Source of the DNA: Deltaproteobacteria bacterium
Lineage (GTDB): Bacteria; CG2-30-53-67
Length of the DNA: 63,417 nucleotides
Reading direction: 5' to 3'
Assembly: GCA_013151235.1 (NCBI GenBank)
Contig: JAADIO010000011.1
Location: 1 to 63,417, forward strand
Position 1 is the stretch's first letter. Every line of letters begins with the position of its first letter. This document shows positions 57,434 through 63,417 of the stretch, piece after piece. A program made the position numbers and the translations under genes. Under the pieces are notes generated by a model, which was given only the letters and a program-made list of their open reading frames with translations, did no database searches and was not told the origin of the DNA.

Positions 57434-57520
57434 TCCATCGCCCTCCCTGCCCGGATGCTTTCCGAACCGGACCATTCATCGTTCCATTCCGCAAGAAACC
57501 GACTTCCGCAGGAGCGTTCC

Positions 57521-57958
57521 CTACAACCCAAGCTGCTGCAGAGCCTCCTCCACGTTCAAGGTTTCCTGCACCCGGCCTTCCACTTCCTCCTCCCAACGCT
57601 GCCGGTTCCACACCTCGATCCTGTTCAACATCCCGACAACCACCGTCTCCCGGCTGAGGTCCGCATGGTTTCTCAGGTCTTGAGGAATCAGGATCCGTCC
57701 CTGCTTGTCAAAACCGCATTCCGCCATGGAACCCAAGACCCAGCGAAAAACGGCCTCCTGATCCGGGGTCCTGAACTGATTGAATTTTGTCTCTTCGAGG
57801 GTTTTCCAGACGGAGAGGGGATAGGCACGAAGACAGCGATTATGCTTGACAAGAATCAGTTTTTCTTCAAAATTATCGGCAAAGACTTCGCGGAACTTTG
57901 CCGGAAAATTGAGTCTTCCCTTGGCATCAATGTTGTGATTGAAGCGGCCTCTGAACAC
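57521..57958 (-). CDS. mraZ: Transcriptional regulator MraZ
   Basis: FRGRFNHNIDAKGR, DKQGRILIP, RIEVW; GTG start at 57958. Confidence 0.95.
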   Translation of the reverse strand: MFRGRFNHNIDAKGRLNFPAKFREVFADNFEEKLILVKHNRCLRAYPLSVWKTLEETKFNQFRTPDQEAVFRWVLGSMAECGFDKQGRILIPQDLRNHADLSRETVVVGMLNRIEVWNRQRWEEEVEGRVQETLNVEEALQQLGL

Positions 57959-57963
57959 TTTGT

Positions 57964-57990
57964 CCCCACTCTCTCCCACATTTACCCACT
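57964..57990 (-). promoter_or_regulatory. MraZ-binding direct repeats
   Basis: Minus strand AGTGGGTAAATGTGGGAGAGAGTGGGG: three GTGGG boxes at 10-bp period immediately upstream of mraZ. Confidence 0.8.
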
Positions 57991-58179
57991 ATGAGACAAA
58001 GTATAGCCACGGAAAAAACCAATTGTCAAGGATAATATTGAATTTATCAAGAGTTATAATACATTTCCCCCCGATGAAAAAGATGGGCGTTTTGACAAAA
58101 AAACCTACCAATATGAATATTTTATTGTGAGTTTACCGGTATTCGGGGAGAGGAAGGGTCCGGAGTGGGGAAGAATCTT

Positions 58180-58944
58180 TCATGGAAGGTTGTTGCGTAT
58201 ACAATTCTCTACGTATTCCTTTGCGCCTCTTAAGGCCTCCGTCATGGAAGACCCCCGTGCCAGAGAAGCACAGAGAGCGGCGGAGAAGCGGCAGCCGCTT
58301 CCATGGAGATCCCCCGGCACGCGGGGAGAGGCAAAGGAGAAAAATTTCTTACCATTATAGAGAAGGTCGACGGGGTCCCCGGCAAGATGCCCTCCGGTGA
58401 TCACCACGTTTCTCGGCCCCAGGTCGTGAATCCTTCTGCACATCTCCCGCAGCCATTCACGCTCGGACGGACCCGCCCCGCGACTGACGGCGCTGAAGGC
58501 CTGCGCCTCCGCCAGATTCGGCGTCACGACCGTCGCCAGGGGGAAAAGCTCTTCCACCAGGGCCTTGCGTCCCTCCTCTTCCAGGAGAGGGATCCCGTTG
58601 GATGAGAAGAGGACCGGATCGATAACCACCACCGGCGGGGCGAAATGTTTCAGAAGACGGGCCAGAACCCGCACGTTTTCCTCCGTCAGGAGCATTCCCG
58701 TCTTGAGCCCGTCGATCCGCTCCCCCTGCAGGATCGTTTCCAGTTGCAGGGCAAAGGCCTCCGGCGCCACAGGAAAGGTCCCCCGAACCCCCTGACCATC
58801 CTGCGCCGTCAGGGCGGCGATCACGGAACGGCCGGACACGCCAAAACGATCAAAGGTTCGCAGATCGGACTGAATCCCCGCCCCACCCGTCGGATCGGCC
58901 CCGGCAACGGTCAACACCTTCAGGATCGGATCTTCACATATCAT
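58180..58944 (-). CDS. thiD: Hydroxymethylpyrimidine/phosphomethylpyrimidine kinase
   Basis: AGADPTGGAGIQSD, KTGML, DPVL, TPNLAEA, TGGH, HGSGC. Confidence 0.9.
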   Translation of the reverse strand: MICEDPILKVLTVAGADPTGGAGIQSDLRTFDRFGVSGRSVIAALTAQDGQGVRGTFPVAPEAFALQLETILQGERIDGLKTGMLLTEENVRVLARLLKHFAPPVVVIDPVLFSSNGIPLLEEEGRKALVEELFPLATVVTPNLAEAQAFSAVSRGAGPSEREWLREMCRRIHDLGPRNVVITGGHLAGDPVDLLYNGKKFFSFASPRVPGDLHGSGCRFSAALCASLARGSSMTEALRGAKEYVENCIRNNLP

Positions 58945-58957
58945 TTAATACCCCCAT

Positions 58958-60322
58958 CTACACAACAAGGCTCCCGACGAAATCCGTTAACTGTTCCAGG
59001 GTCGCGCATTCTCTTAAATCATCACAATAGGGCTTGTACTGCATCACGACATTGGTGGCGGAATACCAGAACTCTTCTTCTTCCGGGTTAAGCCAGATGG
59101 TTCTCCGGACCCGCTCCGTGATCCTGCGGAAGGTCTCCACCTTCGGATCGTTCCAGTTGTTCTCTCCGTCACCCAGGACAATCAAGGTCGTATCCTTATC
59201 CAGCGCACTGGAGTATTTCTCGAGGAAGGTCTCAAATGCGATCCCGTAATTCGTGAGCTGCCCCAGACCGATACGGTGCTGCTTGACCGCCTTCTCAAAG
59301 GCCGTTTCTAGATTGTGTTCTTTGAAATAATAGGAAATCTCATGGGCGGTACGAACAAAGATGAAGGAGCGAATTTTGGAAAACCGGTCCTGCAATCGGT
59401 ATAACAGCAGAAGCATCAGATGGGCCTCGTAGGCCACGGACATCGAAATATCGCAAAGGGCGACGATCTTTCCTTTTTTGCGGCGGTGAACCCGCCGGCG
59501 AAGATCAAAGGGAACACCGTCATAGCGGAGGGAACTGCGAATCGTGTTCTTGATATCCAGACTGCCGTGATGCGCCCGCTTCTCCCGACGGATCAATGCG
59601 TCTTTCAGTTTCTGGGCAAGCTTCTCCACGGCTTCCTTTACCCGGGCATGTTCCTTGAGAGTCAGGCGGTCGAATTTAATCATCGAAATCGTCCGCTGCC
59701 GCTCCCAGGGAAGAAGCTTTTCCTGGGCGGGCCTTGCCGTCCTCTTCTCCTGCAACAGATCCTGCGCATCCTGCAAGCGCCTCCGCAGAAATTCGCTCAA
59801 TGCCTCCCGCTGATCCCGGGTCATCTGATAGGAAGCCTCCGTATAGGCCTCTCGTTTGTCCTGAATGACCCGGATCGCCTTGCGTACCTTTTCCCGTTTC
59901 GACTTCGAAAGCGGACGGTCCGACAACTCTCCTTCGCCGATCTCCACGGTGTCCTCTCCCCGGACCAGATCGAGAAGCCCATCCACCTCTCCCTCAATGT
60001 AGTCTGCAAGAAGTTTTTCCGTTTGGTCGCCCTCCCTGCGCAGCTCTCCCGCAAACTCCAGCGCCTCGAGCTTGACGACGGAATCGAGCTGCTCAAATTC
60101 CAGGGGAGAGTGATCTTCAAAAAACCGATGAAACAACCGGATGAATTTCGGCCGGTCCCTGCTCTGCTTGATAAAACAGCCCTGCAGGGCGAAGAGAAAT
60201 TGTTCACGGTCTAAAAGCTCAATCTCTTTCAGTGCCGTGACGGCATCGTGCAACGACGAAGTGGCGATGGGAAAACCATTGTACCGCAGAAAATTCGCGA
60301 ACTGGAGCAGGACGGAAGTCAC
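58958..60322 (-). CDS. VWA-domain protein, CoxE-like
   Basis: FANFLRYNG, LDIKNTIR, MIDAS LCDISMSV, TNYG, VLGDG, WLNPE. Confidence 0.82.
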   Translation of the reverse strand: MTSVLLQFANFLRYNGFPIATSSLHDAVTALKEIELLDREQFLFALQGCFIKQSRDRPKFIRLFHRFFEDHSPLEFEQLDSVVKLEALEFAGELRREGDQTEKLLADYIEGEVDGLLDLVRGEDTVEIGEGELSDRPLSKSKREKVRKAIRVIQDKREAYTEASYQMTRDQREALSEFLRRRLQDAQDLLQEKRTARPAQEKLLPWERQRTISMIKFDRLTLKEHARVKEAVEKLAQKLKDALIRREKRAHHGSLDIKNTIRSSLRYDGVPFDLRRRVHRRKKGKIVALCDISMSVAYEAHLMLLLLYRLQDRFSKIRSFIFVRTAHEISYYFKEHNLETAFEKAVKQHRIGLGQLTNYGIAFETFLEKYSSALDKDTTLIVLGDGENNWNDPKVETFRRITERVRRTIWLNPEEEEFWYSATNVVMQYKPYCDDLRECATLEQLTDFVGSLVV

Positions 60323-61236
60323 CGGTCATCTCCCAGGATCCGGGCCGAGTTCTGCAGGATCGTATCCATATCGGTCTTGTACTTGCTGATAATCCCCAGC
60401 GTCTTCCGGAGCTCATCGGCTTCGAGATTCCGGATATTCAGAGTCAGCAACGATTCCGCCCAGTCGATGGTCTCGGAGATGGCCGGTTTTTTCTTGATGT
60501 CCAGGTCGCGGATGCGGTGGATAGAGCGGACTAATTTATTGATCAGCGACTTGTCCATATCGGGAAACCGGGAGGCCACGATCTTGCATTCCAGCTCCTG
60601 CGACGGATAGTCAATGAAGAGATGAAGGCACCGCCGCTTGAGGGCATCACTCAAATCCCGGTTGGCATTGGACGTCAGAAAGACCATGGGAATCACCCGG
60701 GGCTTCCGGGTCCCGAGTTCGGGGATCGTAATCTCATAATTGTTCAGCACCTCCAGCAGGTAGGCCTCAAACTCCGGGTCCGGCTTGTCCACTTCGTCGA
60801 TCAGCAGGACCGACTGCTCCTCCGAAGTGATGGCCCTCAGCAGGGGCCGCTGCAACAGGAAATGATCGGAGAAGAAGGCGTTTTCCAGTTCATCCAGGGA
60901 TTGGATCGCCTGAGAGAGATCACGGGCGGAGTCGACCAGCTCATGGATCTTCTCTTTCAGCAACTGCGTGTAGAGAAGCTGCTTGGCATACTCCCACTCA
61001 TAAATCGCCTTCGTCTCATCGATCCCCTCATAACATTGCAGATGGATCAACTCCCGGTGCATCGCCTTTGCCATGGCCCGGGCCAGCTCCGTCTTCCCGA
61101 CACCGGCCGGCCCTTCCACCAGGACGGGACGCTGCATCCGGATCCCTAAATAGACGATCGTTGCAATCTCTTTCGAGGCGATATACTTCTGCTTCTTCAA
61201 TGCCTTGGATACATCTTTGACGGATTTGATCGACAC
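60319..61236 (-). CDS. MoxR-family AAA+ ATPase, CoxD-like
   Basis: EGPAGVGKT, LQCYEG, LLIDEVDK, LTSN, DALKRRC; GTG start 61236 with GGAG RBS. Confidence 0.88.
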   Translation of the reverse strand: MSIKSVKDVSKALKKQKYIASKEIATIVYLGIRMQRPVLVEGPAGVGKTELARAMAKAMHRELIHLQCYEGIDETKAIYEWEYAKQLLYTQLLKEKIHELVDSARDLSQAIQSLDELENAFFSDHFLLQRPLLRAITSEEQSVLLIDEVDKPDPEFEAYLLEVLNNYEITIPELGTRKPRVIPMVFLTSNANRDLSDALKRRCLHLFIDYPSQELECKIVASRFPDMDKSLINKLVRSIHRIRDLDIKKKPAISETIDWAESLLTLNIRNLEADELRKTLGIISKYKTDMDTILQNSARILGDDR

Positions 61237-61349
61237 GGGTACACACTCCATTCTCATAAGACGCCCGGCCAACCCCGGGCATATTTTGAACAGCTTGTAA
61301 AAAGAAGTCGGATTGATGACAACAATATTACATAGCAACAGAGCCGTCA

Positions 61350-61545
61350 AGGGCGATTGCCCGGCAACTCGGTCTGGATCGCAGAACGGTGGCAAGCTAC
61401 ATCCGGAACGGGGAATTCCCCCAATATCAGGTGGTGAATCGGCGGTCGGGATTGACCCTACCAATGATCAAGGATTGGCTCGGGCAAGAGGACTATCCGG
61501 CGGCCCCGGTACACGATCCGGTGCAACTCCAGGGCGATATGGGGC
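61350..61545 (+). pseudogene. IS21-family IstA transposase N-terminal HTH relic
   Basis: Translates RAIARQLGLDRRTVASYI...RRSGL..MIKDWL..EDY..., resembling the IstA N-terminus; no DDE domain, istB or start codon. Confidence 0.6.
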
Positions 61546-61655
61546 GTTGGGGGGGGCACACACATGACATTCTTGAGGTAAACTTTCAGGGAGCACCATC
61601 GGGGATAGTTAACTTACATTCAGCGGTTTACCCGGGGCGGCCACCCAAACAATGA

Positions 61656-63206
61656 TTATGCCCTTCTCCTCTTTGCCAGGTAAATCAGCAGGAGGGGAAG
61701 AAGAAGGAAGACAAGATCCGGTCCGGCAGGGGCGCCCTGACGAAGGGCGCAGCCGCCCCCACCCCCTCCACCGCCACCGCTGCTGCCGGTGGAAAGGCCG
61801 CCGGCCTCCACGGCCGGTCCGCCGGCATCCGTGATGACACCGTCCGCCGTGAGGTCGTCGTCGCCCCGTTTCCCGTCCACGAAGTGGAGGGTGATGGTAT
61901 GCCCGCTGATCTCGGCCCCCGTGGTTCCGTCATAACTGAACTTGTACCAGTGATCACTTGTGTTATCCGGCGTCGGGCCGTACATGTAGTAGGCGTTGAC
62001 CGTCGTGTCGGACGGGAGATAGATCGTCACGGTCGTCCCCTGTCCGCTTCCGACCTTATTCACTTTGAAACTGAAGAGACCGTAGGGAAAGGTCGTGTTG
62101 CTGCTCGGGCCGCTTGCCGGCTTCGGCAGGGAGGTTGCGGCCGTGATCGTCTCCCCCGATCCCTTCGCCTTGAGCGTCACGGCGGCGTCACCTGCCGTGT
62201 AGAGGGAGGCGACACCCGGCTCATCGGCATCGGCCGTTCCGTCCCTGTCCCCGTCGTAATCTGCTGGAATCGGACCAAGCAATCGTGTCAGGACAATCCT
62301 TGAAGAATTATAATTATTGCCCTCATTCCCTACAAGAAGGATCCGTCCGTCCGGCAATTGCACAATATCACGATAACTTTCACCGTCATACTGGATCACC
62401 CCCTTTGTCCCGAAGGAGGTGTCGGGCGAGCCGTCACTGTTGTAGTAAAGGAGAAACGAGCCTTCAATAGGGGATGACGAACTCTTACATGCACCAAGGA
62501 CGTAGATTTTCCCGTCGGGCTGCAGAACGTGGTCAGAAACCCAGCATGAGTCGTAACTTCGATCATCAGTGTACGTTACGACGCCGTTTGTCCCAAAGGT
62601 CGTATCGAGGGTCCCGTCACTGTTGTACCGGAGGACAACGGCATCTCCCGTGGCAGAGGTCTCGCCATCCCCAACCAGAAGGATCTTGCCGCTATTCATG
62701 GGAAGGACGCTGCCCCCCGACATATCACTATTGCTTACGACGCCGTCCGTTCCGAAGGTGGTGTCAAGGGTCCCGTCACTCTTGTACCGAAGCAGGAAAG
62801 AGAAAACGCCGCCAGAGGAGGAGCAGTCCCCGGTAACAAGGATTTTGCCGCCTGAGTCTGTATGCATCTCATAGTCCTTGCAGGAGGAATTAGAAGCAGG
62901 TGAATAGGTTACCGTACCTCCCGATCCGAAGGATGTGTCTATTTTACCATCGGACGTGTAACGTTGTATGAATAATTTTGCCGAACCACCCGTAGCTGGA
63001 TAGGACCTCCAAACAACGAGGATCTTACCATCGGACTGTATGATCACATCATCAACATCATTATCCGTGCCTTGGCCATCATGACAGATGACGGAACCGT
63101 TCGTCCCGAAGGTGGTGTAAGCATCCCCCTCCGCGGCCGTTGCGGCCGGGATGCTTACTGAAAACAGGAAAAAGACGGAAAAGATAACAGCGGCGAATCT
63201 CTTCAT
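61656..63206 (-). CDS. Secreted/surface protein with delta-60 repeats, choice-of-anchor-U-like domain and Gly-rich Cys-TM-basic C-terminal sorting signal
   Basis: Signal peptide; five xDTxFGxxGxV repeats with QxDGKI; YGLFSF..DGKRGDDD..DAGGP domain; GGGGGGGGGC + TM + KRRR tail. Confidence 0.8.
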   Translation of the reverse strand: MKRFAAVIFSVFFLFSVSIPAATAAEGDAYTTFGTNGSVICHDGQGTDNDVDDVIIQSDGKILVVWRSYPATGGSAKLFIQRYTSDGKIDTSFGSGGTVTYSPASNSSCKDYEMHTDSGGKILVTGDCSSSGGVFSFLLRYKSDGTLDTTFGTDGVVSNSDMSGGSVLPMNSGKILLVGDGETSATGDAVVLRYNSDGTLDTTFGTNGVVTYTDDRSYDSCWVSDHVLQPDGKIYVLGACKSSSSPIEGSFLLYYNSDGSPDTSFGTKGVIQYDGESYRDIVQLPDGRILLVGNEGNNYNSSRIVLTRLLGPIPADYDGDRDGTADADEPGVASLYTAGDAAVTLKAKGSGETITAATSLPKPASGPSSNTTFPYGLFSFKVNKVGSGQGTTVTIYLPSDTTVNAYYMYGPTPDNTSDHWYKFSYDGTTGAEISGHTITLHFVDGKRGDDDLTADGVITDAGGPAVEAGGLSTGSSGGGGGGGGGCALRQGAPAGPDLVFLLLPLLLIYLAKRRRA

Positions 63207-63417
63207 GAAATTCCTTCTTATTCTGTGGATGTGATAAGAAAATATGAGTGCCGGAGATATACCAAGAAAGGCATATGGAAATCATATGCACTCTGCAATA
63301 ATACTGTCAAAAATAAAATCATACCGTGAATTTGTCTTTTAATTACAAGGTGCTATAGGATGTTTCCATGAAAAGGCAGAACAGGGTCGGCAACAACATC
63401 CGAAGATTCAGGACCGG

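Noticed and set aside
61237-61464. Long N-terminal extension of the MoxR ATPase
   Set aside because: Runs through the promoter region and antisense to the IS21 relic
62575-62790. Near-duplicate DNA segments as DGR template/variable repeats
   Set aside because: Both are in-frame delta-60 protein repeats with mostly synonymous differences; no reverse transcriptase in the window
1-63417. tRNA, rRNA, tmRNA, CRISPR arrays, prophage or integrase
   Set aside because: None recognised by eye in the intergenic gaps; tRNAscan-SE and Infernal would be needed to exclude small RNAs fully

Overview
GC-rich bacterial chromosomal window; gene content and protein styles suggest a diderm, Deltaproteobacteria/Desulfobacterota-like anaerobe (inference). 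It is mostly housekeeping: ktrAB, mqnA, rlmD-like, ychF, pepF, rluD, rplI-dnaB-alr-mlaEFD, radA-recN, rho, a complete minus-strand dcw cluster (mraZ to ftsZ) continuing into radical SAM-pgeF-yggS-proC-yggT-divIVA-yggU, thiD, a MoxR/VWA pair and a delta-60-repeat surface protein. The best candidate for an undescribed system is a canonical fluoride (crcB-class) riboswitch. It has its own near-consensus sigma70 promoter and a readable RBS-switching platform, and it sits directly in front of a bacterial dynamin-like GTPase rather than a fluoride exporter. Other notable items: a sigma54/enhancer-driven Zn-ribbon plus pseudo-receiver unit, a 422-aa LAGLIDADG intein in DnaB, an MlaD with a long helical stalk and C-terminal beta-barrel-like domain, two MITEs with intact target-site duplications (one on a stop codon, one duplicating the radA RBS), a 33-bp perfect inverted repeat, an AT-rich orphan DNA methyltransferase, a STAS gene between mraZ and rsmH, and an IS21 relic. 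No tRNA, rRNA or CRISPR array was recognised. All calls come from reading motifs by eye; no searches were run.
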